Of a stretch of 64,000 bases of DNA, positions 9,188 to 19,338 are shown piece after piece; positions within the stretch are counted from its first letter, which is position 1, and each line of letters opens with the position of its first letter. Source of the DNA: a virus. The stretch covers positions 208,882 through 272,881 of the IMG/VR virus record IMGVR_UViG_3300005529_000001; one strand, given 5' to 3'. The notes beneath the pieces are model-generated. The model saw only the letters and a program-made list of their open reading frames with translations. It was not told the origin of the DNA and searched no databases. The position numbers were made by a program, and so were the translations under genes.

Positions 9188-9555
9188 GCGACAGCTTTCT
9201 TAGCGACTGGAGCGGGCTGTTCAGCTGAACCCGCTTTGGTTGCCTCGGCCCAAGCAGTTTGGACTGCTTTGTGAACACGAGCCATCATCACCTCGGTTGC
9301 CTTGTTGGACGCTGCTTTGATCTGCTCCCAAGCTTGATCATCGAACTCACGGGTCTCCGCGTTGTATTGGTCCTTTGCCGCGAGCATCATGTTCTGCTGG
9401 ATCGCGCCCCGAAACGGTTGCTCTAGCGATGCAAGCGCTTTTGCGATGTTCGGCTGGTCCATCGGATCCTGGACAGGCTTGTTGTTCGCAAACGCAGACG
9501 GCGAGACCGCGACCTCTCGCAAGATCCGTTTCAAAGTGCCCAACCGAACCCTCAT
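9184..9555 (-). CDS. small protein with N-terminal MRVRLGTLKRILREV motif (paralog of 8921..9187)
   Basis: ORF; tandem, with 4-nt overlap. Confidence 0.55.
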   Translation of the reverse strand: MRVRLGTLKRILREVAVSPSAFANNKPVQDPMDQPNIAKALASLEQPFRGAIQQNMMLAAKDQYNAETREFDDQAWEQIKAASNKATEVMMARVHKAVQTAWAEATKAGSAEQPAPVAKKAVA

Positions 9556-9558
9556 GGC

Positions 9559-10098
9559 TCAGTGCCTCCCGCGGGGATGCATGGGAGGCAGGACAGCGTC
9601 TTCATCACCGCTAGCGTGGTAACCGCGTTGCGGCTCACGGCCCGTCGGGGCGTGCTTCTCTGGACCGCCAACATCGACATGGCCCGTGCCACCTGTAACC
9701 CCGCCAGCTTTCCCAGTATTCCGCGGGTGCATCGGGAGGATGTCATCCTCATCCATCTCGTCAAACTCACCCGACTGGAGCATGTCAGCCGTCTCTCTGA
9801 CGTCGTTCTCGATCAACCGGCACAAGTAATGAGAAGCGAGCTTGGCTGCGCGCCCATCGTCTACTTCTACGCCCTCATAGAGCTGGTTGTCTGAGTGAAA
9901 AGCCTCGATCAGGTCAATGATCGCGTGCTGGAGCGCTGTCGAGAGCTCGACCTTTCTGGGCGTCTCATCGAGCAACTCATCTTCTGCATCGATCCCTTCA
10001 AGGATCCGGTGACGCTCCTGCTGAGAGCTGTGAAACGCTCGTGACTCTTCGATGACGATCTCGTTGATCATCTCCTCTTGACGCTTCGTGAGCCCCAT
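9559..10098 (-). CDS. acidic hypothetical protein
   Basis: ORF; the ATG at 10098 is preferred over the GTG at 10107 because AGGAGTG lies 6 nt upstream. Confidence 0.5.
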   Translation of the reverse strand: MGLTKRQEEMINEIVIEESRAFHSSQQERHRILEGIDAEDELLDETPRKVELSTALQHAIIDLIEAFHSDNQLYEGVEVDDGRAAKLASHYLCRLIENDVRETADMLQSGEFDEMDEDDILPMHPRNTGKAGGVTGGTGHVDVGGPEKHAPTGREPQRGYHASGDEDAVLPPMHPRGRH

Positions 10099-10116
10099 CT
10101 GTGACACTCCTGAGCG

Positions 10117-10124
10117 ATAAGTAT
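10117..10124 (-). promoter_or_regulatory. ATAAGTAT box upstream of the 9559..10098 gene
   Basis: Same motif family; about 19 nt from the ATG. Confidence 0.25.
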
Positions 10125-10131
10125 GGCTCGC

Positions 10132-12642
10132 TCAGCACTTGCTCCAGCCACACATGGTCCCGTCCTGCTTCACCCCTCCGAGGCACGACACGCATCCCTG
10201 CTGGTAAACAAGAGTCTCTCCCCCGCACTCTGGACACCGTTTCTCGCTAGTGTGAGCCTTGGTCCCGTCAACGATGTAGCCCTTCAGGACCCGGGCGACC
10301 ACCGAGCTAAAGCTGGTGATGTCACTGTGCTTGTCTTTTTTTAGCTGCTCAACCAAGAACTGGACAGGTGTCCCATGGCGGAGAGACAAGCTGATCATCC
10401 GGGTGAAAGCCCCGTGAACGGGGTTATCAAACATGCTGACGATGTCTTTCAACACTAGCTCGTCATCATCGCCCAATGGGATCCGCAAGTTGTATGTTGC
10501 GACGCCGTCTTTCTTGCCGTTCTTGACGATGAGAGCTTTCTTTGCTTTCTTTGGGATCTCAACCTGTTCGCTGAGGCCTGCGAAGATCTCGTAAGGCCTG
10601 TCGCCCAGGGTTCCGACCAGCATCAGGTATTGCTCGCCTTTGACGTTGACCCGATGGATGTCAGCCTGCATCTCCTTGGGACGCTTGGGAGCGTGAGTCT
10701 CAACGATGATCAGGGGCTGCCCGTTTTCGGACGTTGCACCCTCGTTGACAATGACAGCATCGCGGCTGCCGATCCGGTAGATGGTGACGCCTTTGCACCC
10801 AGTTTCCCAACCATGCCAGCACAGCTCTTCGACGTCATCATTAGAAACGTCTTTGGGCAAGTTGGTGGTGTTGCTGATGCTGTGACAGATCCATTTTTGT
10901 GCAGTGGCCTGGATGTCGATCTTCTTAATGAAGTCGATCTCTTCAACAGTAGAACCAAAGTAAGGTGACTCTTTGGGATCAGACTTCCCGGTTATCTCCA
11001 TCCATTTCTTGAACCCGGGATGGATGAGATCGTAGTACTGCCACTTGTCTCCCAGGGCATCGACTTCGTCGATCCGTGACGCACGGTCTTCTTCGGTGAT
11101 CTTACGCTTGCGACGTGACTTGACGAACAAAACGGGTTCACAACCGCTGGTCGTTTGGGTCAGGATCGACATGCTGCCTGCCGGAGCCGTCGTTGTCAGA
11201 GCGATGTTACGACGACCGAACTGCTTGTAAGCACGTCGCAAGTCAGGGTCTTCATCCATGATACGCTCGATGAACGGGTGACCCTTCTCTACATCGTGTG
11301 AGAAAATCGGGAACGCACCACGCTCCGCTGCCATGTCAACCGTCGATCGGTATGCCGACAGAGCAAGCTGCCTGTAGATCTTGTCTGCAAGCTGGATGCT
11401 TGCATCGCTACCATATTGCAGGTTGCACATCGCAAATGTGTCGCCCAGAGCAGTTATGCCCAACCCAGTGCGGCGGCCGTTGACTGCAGCGTTCTTGATC
11501 TTTGTCCACAAATCACGTTCAACGCGCTTGACGTCAGTAGGCTCGGGATCAACGTCAATCTTCGCCAGAATCCGGTCAACAGCTTCAAGTTCAAGATCGA
11601 TGAGGTCATCCATCAAGCGTTGAGCTTGATACGTTGATCTGTCAAAACGCTCAAAATCGAACCTAGCATCTTTGGTGAACGGGTTATTAACGAACTTTGA
11701 CAGGTTCATCAACAACAGACGACACGAGTCGTAAGCTGACAGGGTGATCTCGCCACACGGGTTGGTGCTGATGCTGCCATAACCAGACTCGCGGTAAGCG
11801 TCAGCGGGTCCCATCTTCTCGACCTGGTCCCAAAACAGCATGCCTGGTTCGCTGCAATCACGCATCGCAGCGACGATATTCTTCCAGACTTCTTTTGCAT
11901 CAACCCATTGTTCGATGACATACTGGCCTGGCTTGCCATCAACTGGGAAACGTTGTTGGTACTTCTCTCCCTTGTTGACAGCGCGCATGAACTCGTCTGT
12001 CACGCGGATGGAGACGTTCGCACCCGTCACCTTTTTCCGGTCACGTTTGATGTTTGCAAACGTCAACACTTCCGGATGATGGACGCTGATCGTCAGCATC
12101 AGAGCACCTCGGCGACCACCCTGTGCTACTTCTCGGCAGGTGTTGGAGTACCTCTCCATGAAGACGCCGATCCCGTCGGTGGTCCTAGCTGCGTTAGCCG
12201 CCGCCATGCCACGGGGCCTGATCGTCGATAGGTCAAAGCCCACGCCACCACGACGCTTCATGATCTGGACTTCTTCCTGGTCCGTCTTCATGATGCCACC
12301 GTAGCTGTCGAAGGGCGACTGGATCACAAAGCAATTGCTGAGGCTCTGTACTTGGTATGGGTTGCCAATAGCGGAGAGGGGCCCGCCTTGAGGGACAACT
12401 TCCCATGAAGTCAACAGGCGTTTGATCTCTTCAAACGAGATTGCGTTGACGTACTTGCTTTCAGCACGATGAAATTCCCGAGCAATGCGCTCATGCATCT
12501 CATCGGGTGATCGCTCGTAGAGAACACCCTTCAGGTCTTGAAGCGCGTACTTGCCCGCAAAAACGTCTGCAGCAAGCTCATCTCCGTGAAAATATGTGAT
12601 CGAGGCATCACGCACCTCGTTGTAGGTGTATGTCGTCGTCAA
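10132..12642 (-). CDS. nrdJ: class II (adenosylcobalamin-dependent) ribonucleotide reductase, monomeric type
   Basis: 836 aa; C-terminal Cys-rich ribbon CPECGG...CVSCLGG; overall class II RNR appearance; TTG start with a GGAGAGGG SD. Confidence 0.85.
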   Translation of the reverse strand: MTTTYTYNEVRDASITYFHGDELAADVFAGKYALQDLKGVLYERSPDEMHERIAREFHRAESKYVNAISFEEIKRLLTSWEVVPQGGPLSAIGNPYQVQSLSNCFVIQSPFDSYGGIMKTDQEEVQIMKRRGGVGFDLSTIRPRGMAAANAARTTDGIGVFMERYSNTCREVAQGGRRGALMLTISVHHPEVLTFANIKRDRKKVTGANVSIRVTDEFMRAVNKGEKYQQRFPVDGKPGQYVIEQWVDAKEVWKNIVAAMRDCSEPGMLFWDQVEKMGPADAYRESGYGSISTNPCGEITLSAYDSCRLLLMNLSKFVNNPFTKDARFDFERFDRSTYQAQRLMDDLIDLELEAVDRILAKIDVDPEPTDVKRVERDLWTKIKNAAVNGRRTGLGITALGDTFAMCNLQYGSDASIQLADKIYRQLALSAYRSTVDMAAERGAFPIFSHDVEKGHPFIERIMDEDPDLRRAYKQFGRRNIALTTTAPAGSMSILTQTTSGCEPVLFVKSRRKRKITEEDRASRIDEVDALGDKWQYYDLIHPGFKKWMEITGKSDPKESPYFGSTVEEIDFIKKIDIQATAQKWICHSISNTTNLPKDVSNDDVEELCWHGWETGCKGVTIYRIGSRDAVIVNEGATSENGQPLIIVETHAPKRPKEMQADIHRVNVKGEQYLMLVGTLGDRPYEIFAGLSEQVEIPKKAKKALIVKNGKKDGVATYNLRIPLGDDDELVLKDIVSMFDNPVHGAFTRMISLSLRHGTPVQFLVEQLKKDKHSDITSFSSVVARVLKGYIVDGTKAHTSEKRCPECGGETLVYQQGCVSCLGGVKQDGTMCGWSKC

Positions 12643-12725
12643 GTTCGCCCTCTCCTGGGTGACCGATGTGGTGTGTCAGGGGGCGAGCTGGCGCCGAGCC
12701 CGCCGGTACGCTATGCAGCTCATAC

Positions 12726-14168
12726 CTATTCCGCTCCCTGGGCAGGTGCGTTGACGTCAATCAGTTTTGGCGCAACGTTGAGCTGCTCTTTTTTCATCTC
12801 TTCGAGTTTGGCAAGAATCTGCCGCTTGGACGCTTTTTCATCATCTTCGGACGCTTTCTGGAAGCTCATCACGTTGCCTGAAACAGCGAACTTGCTCCGC
12901 GCCGTATCGATGAGCAGGGGATAGACCAGACCATCTCTGCCAAATCGGTTCTTGGCCACGCACAGGCGTCCCTCTCCAGTCGCCTTCTCGTGCGTCCGCC
13001 GGCTAAGGCTGAGAACAGCATCGGCGACAAACGCCTTGCCATAAGCCTCGCTCATGTTGTTGAGGTCAACAACTTCCTGGCTGCTTCCCTCACGGTTGGA
13101 CTGAGATGCCGTCCAACCTGGGATGTGCTTCTCTTGCAAGAACGATCGAAGTTCTTCGTAGATCAGTTTCAGTTCGTGCCGCAATGAGTCGTACTGACGA
13201 CTAGAACGCATGATGTCAGCGTAGTCAATCAGCAACAACCCAGGCCGGAAACCTCGCAAGTCAAGCCTCTCCATGTGAGCACGGATGGTGTAGATGGTCG
13301 CGGTGTTGGCGGGAAACTCTTTGATCATCAAACGTCCCAGCTTCATGCCCTGGTATGCTTGGATGACCTTGTCTTTGTTCTCGATAACGACGTTGCTGTC
13401 GATGTCGCAAAGATTTGAGTCGTATCTCAACCCGACTGCAGCTTCTGATAATTCTAGCGTGTAGTGAAGGACATCAACTCCCTCCCTGAGAGCCTGGCAA
13501 CCCAACGCCACCAAGAAGTGACTCTTGCCCACACCCGTGGGCGCGACCACCACACCCAGCTCTCCAGCACCGAGCCCGCCTTGGAGGACTTCTTTGCGGT
13601 CTAGCTCTTCGATGCCGGTGGGCACACAGTTCCGCTGGAGACGAGTGAACCTTGACTCGTAGTCAGTGAAAAAATCATGTCCCAGTGACGGGGTGGTGCC
13701 CACCTGCACTGCTTTCTTGATGCCATCAACGATCTCTTCGTACTTGCCGTCTTGGATCTTTTCCGCCGCGACCATCAGCTCCTGTTTCAGAGCTTGCTTG
13801 CGGCAGAAATCGAGTGATTTTTCTTTGACGAATTGCAAATCTCCAGAGTCAGGGTTCGCACGCATCCGCATCAAGTATTCGATGATCTGGTCACGCAACA
13901 GGATGTCGCTACCCTGTTTCAGGTCATCTTTGATGATAGTCACCAGCAGCTGGAATGACGGAAAGACCTTGTATTTCTTGGAGTAATCAAAGTACCTCTC
14001 GCCCAAAAACTGAAGGTACTTGAGATCAAAGTAAGAGACGTCAAACACCTCTCCCATCTGTTCTGCCCACTGACGGTCAGTCAGCAGCGCTTGCATGACC
14101 TTCTCTTGGAAGGGTTTTCCATACTGACCGAAGCTGACGTCAGTCCTGACAGATACGTGCTCAGTCAT
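12726..14168 (-). CDS. DnaB-family replicative helicase (gp41-like)
   Basis: Walker A VVAPTGVGKSHF; start reset to ATG 14168 (ATGA coupling to the upstream stop, SD GGAGACAAGGA). Confidence 0.8.
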   Translation of the reverse strand: MTEHVSVRTDVSFGQYGKPFQEKVMQALLTDRQWAEQMGEVFDVSYFDLKYLQFLGERYFDYSKKYKVFPSFQLLVTIIKDDLKQGSDILLRDQIIEYLMRMRANPDSGDLQFVKEKSLDFCRKQALKQELMVAAEKIQDGKYEEIVDGIKKAVQVGTTPSLGHDFFTDYESRFTRLQRNCVPTGIEELDRKEVLQGGLGAGELGVVVAPTGVGKSHFLVALGCQALREGVDVLHYTLELSEAAVGLRYDSNLCDIDSNVVIENKDKVIQAYQGMKLGRLMIKEFPANTATIYTIRAHMERLDLRGFRPGLLLIDYADIMRSSRQYDSLRHELKLIYEELRSFLQEKHIPGWTASQSNREGSSQEVVDLNNMSEAYGKAFVADAVLSLSRRTHEKATGEGRLCVAKNRFGRDGLVYPLLIDTARSKFAVSGNVMSFQKASEDDEKASKRQILAKLEEMKKEQLNVAPKLIDVNAPAQGAE

Positions 14169-15145
14169 TCCTTGTCTCCAGATGTTTTGTGTTCGATATT
14201 CTCGATGCAATGGAAGGCATAGAAGAAGTCTTCTACGTCAAAGTCTCCGATCCCTTCCTTGGCTAGCTGCTTCATCAGACCCATTCTATCCGCCTTGGGC
14301 AGGAAGTTTTGGATGCGGTGATCGATCTGTTGTTGTTGGTTTGCTGATAGCATGCTACCGTCGAGGTAGACCAAACGCCAGTTACGCCTGACGTCATCTT
14401 CCTGTTCCACAATCTGTTGGAATTTGGGAGAGTCATCGGTGTGGGTGTGAGCGTAGTCGATGACCTGTTGCAACACCACGTCATCATCAATTCCCAAAAA
14501 CGGGAACAGCTTGGCGACCGTCTTGAAACCCACGCCCTTGATGCCCGGGACGTTGTCTCCGTTATCACCACACAGAGCCTTTGCCAACGCAAAATGCTTA
14601 GCTTGCACGCGAAATTCCTCCATGACTGTTTCTTTAGTCACGAAAGTTTTCTTGTGCAAGCTGTAGACCTTGGTCTGGTCGTCGAGTAGCTGATAAAGGT
14701 CCTTGTCCGATGAGACGATGATCTTGTCTTCTGCCCGCATCGGTCCGCGGCATAGGTATGCGACTAAGTCGTCTCCTTCGCAATCAGACACATACAGTTG
14801 ACACACTGGTACGCACCTTGTCATGTGCAACAACGCTTCGATCTGGTATTTCTTGTTATCATCTGAGTCAGGGATATCATCCTCGTAAAAGCGATTCAGC
14901 TTTTCGGGCTTCCGGTTCATCTTGTACTCGCTATACAGACGCCGGCGCTTGGTTGATCCCCCTCCCTCCCAACAGATGTAGACTGCCTTGGGTTGTGACT
15001 CAAAGACAATACGTCGCAACGTTTTCAAGAAACCGATGCAACCTCCCATTTGGTAGCCATGCGCTGACATCGTTGGGTAAGCGCTGTAGCTACGAACAAA
15101 GAGGTTCATCGCGTCAACGATCAGAACCGGACGCGTGGTTGACAT
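14165..15145 (-). CDS. 5'-3' exonuclease / flap endonuclease (RNase H-like)
   Basis: PIN-like N-terminus LIVDAMNLFVRSY; H3TH GDNGDNVPGIKGVGFKTVAKL. Confidence 0.85.
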   Translation of the reverse strand: MSTTRPVLIVDAMNLFVRSYSAYPTMSAHGYQMGGCIGFLKTLRRIVFESQPKAVYICWEGGGSTKRRRLYSEYKMNRKPEKLNRFYEDDIPDSDDNKKYQIEALLHMTRCVPVCQLYVSDCEGDDLVAYLCRGPMRAEDKIIVSSDKDLYQLLDDQTKVYSLHKKTFVTKETVMEEFRVQAKHFALAKALCGDNGDNVPGIKGVGFKTVAKLFPFLGIDDDVVLQQVIDYAHTHTDDSPKFQQIVEQEDDVRRNWRLVYLDGSMLSANQQQQIDHRIQNFLPKADRMGLMKQLAKEGIGDFDVEDFFYAFHCIENIEHKTSGDKE

Positions 15146-15178
15146 GGGCTACACTGTAACCCTATCTGTGCCGAGAGT

Positions 15179-15454
15179 TCAGGCAGCAGGTTTGGGCGTC
15201 TCTTTGGGCACCAGAGCAACGATCTCCATCACCAGCTGCGCCACAGGTTTGGCGAGGTCTTCCGCATCAAAGGTGACGCTTTCACACGGAGCAACATGGA
15301 CGAGGTTAAGCTGCAGCTTGCCCTGGTGAAGTGTGATCGAGTGATGGTGACGCCCGAGGGGCGGGAACTTTTTCGTCAGGTGTGTCAGAAGCGTCTGCGC
15401 GCCCGCCAACGTTCCAGGGATGGGTACCAACCGTTTGTCTGTCTCTTCGTTCAT
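15179..15454 (-). CDS. hypothetical protein
   Basis: ORF; start set to the ATG at 15454 (ATGA overlap with the upstream stop). Confidence 0.4.
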   Translation of the reverse strand: MNEETDKRLVPIPGTLAGAQTLLTHLTKKFPPLGRHHHSITLHQGKLQLNLVHVAPCESVTFDAEDLAKPVAQLVMEIVALVPKETPKPAA

Positions 15455-15852
15455 CGCGTCACTAGCGCTACGTTGCCGTAACAGCTCTCCCACTCTTCTT
15501 TGTTGACCTCGAACTCCATCGCGATCCTGACATCATCATCGCCAACGACATTGTCTTCTACGACTTTAAAGAGCTCAAAGTCAGCGACCATCTTCTGCGA
15601 ATGCGGACGTTTGTCATGACGACGGATCTCAAAATCGTCTTTCGTCTCCGAATAGTCACGCCACATCTGGCTTACGCTCAGCAGCTGGCACACTTTGGGA
15701 GAAGCATGGACGTCACAGTAGCGGATCTTGGTGTTGCGGTTGTATGGGTTCCTCGTCTTGACGTGGTTGATCAACTGTTTGCGACAAGCAACGATCGCCT
15801 CGACGAGCGAGTCAACCTTGGATGAGATCTTCCATGTTTCTCTAGCGTCCAC
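15451..15852 (-). CDS. hypothetical protein
   Basis: ORF; GTG start at 15852 preceded by GGAGG with 4-nt spacing; avoids a 158-nt overlap with the upstream gene. Confidence 0.45.
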   Translation of the reverse strand: MDARETWKISSKVDSLVEAIVACRKQLINHVKTRNPYNRNTKIRYCDVHASPKVCQLLSVSQMWRDYSETKDDFEIRRHDKRPHSQKMVADFELFKVVEDNVVGDDDVRIAMEFEVNKEEWESCYGNVALVTR

Positions 15853-16276
15853 TGTTCCTCCATGATTCAACGCTTTTGGCCAAGTCTTCTGCAGTCCGGT
15901 TAGGACGGTGTTCTGTCTCTTCTGCGTGATTGGCACGTAACATGTTCGGGATCTCGCCATTCCAGTCACCCGTGTTTGCTGCCTGAAACGGTTCGACACC
16001 GGGACCCTTAATGCCGTAACCGATCAGATCGCACATCAACCACAACAGGTTTGCACGTTGGTACTCGTTCAGCGTGATGTGCCAAGCGATCGGCTTGCCA
16101 TCTTTGTCGAGAGTGACCCGGGGCGCCTCAGCGGTCGTCCAGTGATCGTACAGCGGCTTGCCTTGCAGCTTGCCCTCGAGCATCGCAATCTGGAACCTAG
16201 CCATCGCCAGATCACCCTTGGTCTCATGCAATTCTCTTCTGAGACGTTGCAGTTCAGTGTCAGGTCCCTCGCCCAT
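15842..16276 (-). CDS. hypothetical protein (144 aa)
   Basis: ORF. Confidence 0.5.
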   Translation of the reverse strand: MGEGPDTELQRLRRELHETKGDLAMARFQIAMLEGKLQGKPLYDHWTTAEAPRVTLDKDGKPIAWHITLNEYQRANLLWLMCDLIGYGIKGPGVEPFQAANTGDWNGEIPNMLRANHAEETEHRPNRTAEDLAKSVESWRNSGR

Positions 16277-16281
16277 GGGAC

Positions 16282-16713
16282 CTATCGTACACCGGTCGAG
16301 CCAAAACCTCCAGCCCCTCGCGTCGTCTCCGAAAGCTCATCAACCACGTCGAACTCAGCTTGGACGACAGGAGAGAAGACGAACTGCGCGATGCGCATGC
16401 CCTTCTCGACCTTGAAATCGTTGTCGCTGTGGTTGATCAGCAGGACCTTGTTTTCGCCGCGATAATCGCTATCGATCGTGCCCGGTGAGTTGAGGACAGT
16501 TATCCCAAACTTCGCCGCCAAGCCCGACCGCGGCCTGCACTGGCACTCGTACCCTTCGGGCACCTCAAGAAAAAGTCCCGTCCCAACCATGCAGGTTCCC
16601 CTGGCTGGGACAATGGCTTCTTCTGCCGAACACACGTCGCACCCCGCCGACCCCGGCGTCTGGTAGACTGGGATCGGCACTTCGGGGTGCTTCTGCTTGA
16701 CGCGAACTCTCAC
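16282..16713 (-). CDS. dut: dUTP pyrophosphatase (trimeric dUTPase)
   Basis: Motifs [26 protein letters not shown]. Confidence 0.85.
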   Translation of the reverse strand: MRVRVKQKHPEVPIPVYQTPGSAGCDVCSAEEAIVPARGTCMVGTGLFLEVPEGYECQCRPRSGLAAKFGITVLNSPGTIDSDYRGENKVLLINHSDNDFKVEKGMRIAQFVFSPVVQAEFDVVDELSETTRGAGGFGSTGVR

Positions 16714-17999
16714 TCTTCGCCCTCGTCGGTGTCAGGGCTCTCGCCCTCGCCAGATTCCGCTTTCTCACCCGCTTTCGTGGTGTAAGCAGCTTCGATCAGA
16801 CGATCGACGAAAGGTTGGTACTGTGGGCTCGCCATGATCTCGTCGAAGCCACTCTTGGTGAACTTCTTCTCGAGCAAGACCTCTCCCGAGGTCGCGTCTG
16901 AGACCTGGAGCTGCCTCCAAGCTGAAGTGCCGCTGATGCTGCACTCGACCTTGTCGCCCTCTTTTGCTTTTGACTTGGGATCTTCAGCGATGAGAGCGGC
17001 GGCAGCGGCCATCGTCAGGTCCATCGAGACCTTGTTGTTCTCGCAGTACGACCTGACCTCGTCAAAGATGTACTCGTGCTCGACGATCCCCTTGCCGAAG
17101 ATGATGTCGAACTCGTACTTCCTGAACGGTGGGGCAACCTTGTTCTTCTTCACCGTCATGATGACGTGGATGCCGATGATGTTGCCCGCCTTGTCCTTAA
17201 CCTGCGTGCCGCTGGTGAGGCGGATACGGACCGAGGCGTGGTACGGGATGGCTTTGCCTCCCGGTGTTGTCAGCGGGTCACCGTGAGTCACGCCGATGGC
17301 GTCACGGAGCTGGTTGATGCACAGCAACGTGGCGTGGGTCTGGCCAATGACCCCCGTCACCTTCCGCATGGCGCGGCTGATGATGCGGGCCTGGAGACCG
17401 ACAGTGTTGTCGTCATACTCGCCCTCGAGCTCAGCTTTGGGTGAGGATGCTGCAACGCTGTCCCAGATGACGAAGATGGGCCTGTCCTTCGAAGCCGCGA
17501 TTGACTTGGCTTTCAGGACAACGTCTTCGATGATCTTGAAGACCTCTTCAGTGCAGTGGGTGTCGCAGTAGATGAACCGACGGCCGATGTCGACACCCAT
17601 CGATGCCAGCTTGTCAACTGGCGTCGCGTTCTCGGTGTCGATGTAAACGACCAGCCCACCCATCTTCTGGACGATCGCCGCACACGCATATGCGATGTGT
17701 GACTTGCCGATGGATGGCGTTCCTGCAACCTCGATGATGCGTCCTTCTGGGAACCCACCACCCGCCGCGTTTCGGATCGCATAGTCCATCTGGATGCTGC
17801 TGGTTGGTAACCAGCGCTTCACAACCGTGGGAGCTTCGTCTTCGCCCAGGTTGTACGCCACCCTCATGCCGAATTCTTTGTTGATATCCTTGATTAAGGA
17901 CGTGCAGAGCTCATCGAGCTCGTCACGTTCCTTCTTCTTGGATTTCACCTCGGATTCGGCAGCTCTCGTCGCTGCTTTCGCCATGGTGTTTCCTTTCAC
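16710..17999 (-). CDS. uvsX: RecA/UvsX-family recombinase
   Basis: Walker [11 protein letters not shown]; RecA-like core; acidic C-terminal tail. Confidence 0.8.
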   Translation of the reverse strand: MKGNTMAKAATRAAESEVKSKKKERDELDELCTSLIKDINKEFGMRVAYNLGEDEAPTVVKRWLPTSSIQMDYAIRNAAGGGFPEGRIIEVAGTPSIGKSHIAYACAAIVQKMGGLVVYIDTENATPVDKLASMGVDIGRRFIYCDTHCTEEVFKIIEDVVLKAKSIAASKDRPIFVIWDSVAASSPKAELEGEYDDNTVGLQARIISRAMRKVTGVIGQTHATLLCINQLRDAIGVTHGDPLTTPGGKAIPYHASVRIRLTSGTQVKDKAGNIIGIHVIMTVKKNKVAPPFRKYEFDIIFGKGIVEHEYIFDEVRSYCENNKVSMDLTMAAAAALIAEDPKSKAKEGDKVECSISGTSAWRQLQVSDATSGEVLLEKKFTKSGFDEIMASPQYQPFVDRLIEAAYTTKAGEKAESGEGESPDTDEGEE

Positions 18000-18946
18000 T
18001 CGTCGCGCGTCAACTCGTCAAACGCTTCTTCAAGCGACGTCTTCTTGCCCGCGGGCGCTTCTGCGTCAACGTCTGCATCACCGCGCTTGCCACGCTTGCT
18101 CTTGGGAGCTTCAGCCTTGGGAGACTCCGCCTTCGCAGAGGGCTTCACCTCAGCCTTGACCTCATTCACCAGCTTGTCAAGCTCGTCCTGCGGCTTGTCA
18201 CCGCGGCTCTCACCGTCGCTGGAGACATCATCAGCGCCACCACCCTGTAGCCAGTCGTTCAGGACCTTCTCGATCTCGGCCGCTGACTTCTGCGGGTACA
18301 TGTCATCGATGTTGGGCACCGAATCCATCCACTTCTTCGCCTGCTCGGCGTCTCTCGAGAGAGCTGACGGAGCGCGGGCAGCGTCAATGACAGTGTCCAT
18401 CACTTCCTTGTTATTGAACTTCTTGCCCGAGGGCTTGACGGTCACCTTCAGGTCGAACCCACCCTGCGGGTCAAGGATGTCACCAACCTCAGCGTCGGTG
18501 AAGAACCCAAGCAAACGCTGGTAAATGAACTTGTTGAAGCTCCACACCAGGACGCCCTTGGACTCCTGGTTGTCGACGATGTTCCAGTCAGCATCACACT
18601 TGCCACGGACGATGACCGCGGCATACGCCGTCATCTTGGGTTGCAGCTTCTTGGCCAGAGCGCGGTCTTCTGCCTTGCCCGAGCTGTAGAGCTTTCGGAG
18701 CAGGTCATTGATCGGATCGGGCTTCTTGAACTGGGAGGGCGCCAGGATGCGCGGGTTGTCTCCGATGTAGTAGAAGCGACGCTCGACGAACGGCGTGCCG
18801 TCGTCCTGAAGGACCGCTGACGGCCAGGGGACGCAACGCACCTTGTACTGGCCCGCTTCGGGCTTCCACAGCTGGACATTCGAGTTCTTGCGCTGTCCGT
18901 TGAGTTCCTGGACGCGCTTACGAATTGCCTCTAGATTGACTGACAT
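17996..18946 (-). CDS. gp32-like single-stranded DNA-binding protein
   Basis: N-terminal LWKPEAGQYKVRCVPWP and PNIDD segments align to T4 gp32; long acidic/Lys-rich C-terminus. Confidence 0.7.
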   Translation of the reverse strand: MSVNLEAIRKRVQELNGQRKNSNVQLWKPEAGQYKVRCVPWPSAVLQDDGTPFVERRFYYIGDNPRILAPSQFKKPDPINDLLRKLYSSGKAEDRALAKKLQPKMTAYAAVIVRGKCDADWNIVDNQESKGVLVWSFNKFIYQRLLGFFTDAEVGDILDPQGGFDLKVTVKPSGKKFNNKEVMDTVIDAARAPSALSRDAEQAKKWMDSVPNIDDMYPQKSAAEIEKVLNDWLQGGGADDVSSDGESRGDKPQDELDKLVNEVKAEVKPSAKAESPKAEAPKSKRGKRGDADVDAEAPAGKKTSLEEAFDELTRDE

Positions 18947-19076
18947 GTTCTTCTCCGATTTCCTTTTTCCTACGTTCGATCAACGTAACCTGCAGGATTG
19001 CAGGTGAAGCTGATCTTACATTCTCTAAGCCGCTTAAGTTCAAGCGGCAGCGCAGAAAGATCCGCGCTGCCGAAGT
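18947..19076 (-). promoter_or_regulatory. structured 130-nt leader upstream of the SSB gene (candidate translational operator)
   Basis: Overlapping hairpins GGCAGCGC..GCGCTGCC, GCCGCTT..AAGCGGC, CCTGCA..TGCAGG, then an A-rich unstructured stretch before SD GGAGAAG. Confidence 0.35.
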
Positions 19077-19307
19077 TCATTTCCTACGAGGCTTGTTCTT
19101 TTTCCTACCGAGACGATCTGGGTCCATGCCGAGAGGTGCCGTGTATCCTGCGATACCGCCGCCAACCGCTGCGAACTCGTCCATCTCCTCAGTTGCCTCT
19201 TCCGTTTCGCCTTCGTGACTTCCGTCCGACACGAGCTGGTTTGGAACCCTTGCCAGGTGACCTTCGACCACTTGCCTAATATAACGCATGAGCAGTTTAG
19301 AGCTCAT
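19077..19307 (-). CDS. hypothetical protein (76 aa)
   Basis: ORF; CCTATTTAG motif 4 nt upstream of the ATG. Confidence 0.5.
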   Translation of the reverse strand: MSSKLLMRYIRQVVEGHLARVPNQLVSDGSHEGETEEATEEMDEFAAVGGGIAGYTAPLGMDPDRLGRKKNKPRRK

Positions 19308-19338
19308 GATCTAAATAGGCGGTCCGGATGGTCTTGCC

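Noticed and set aside
15451-15999. Long form (182 aa) of the 15451 gene starting at 15999.
   Set aside because: It would overlap the upstream gene by 158 nt and begins with an unusual basic N-terminus. A GTG at 15852 with a well-spaced GGAGG gives a coupled start instead, so the short form is preferred.
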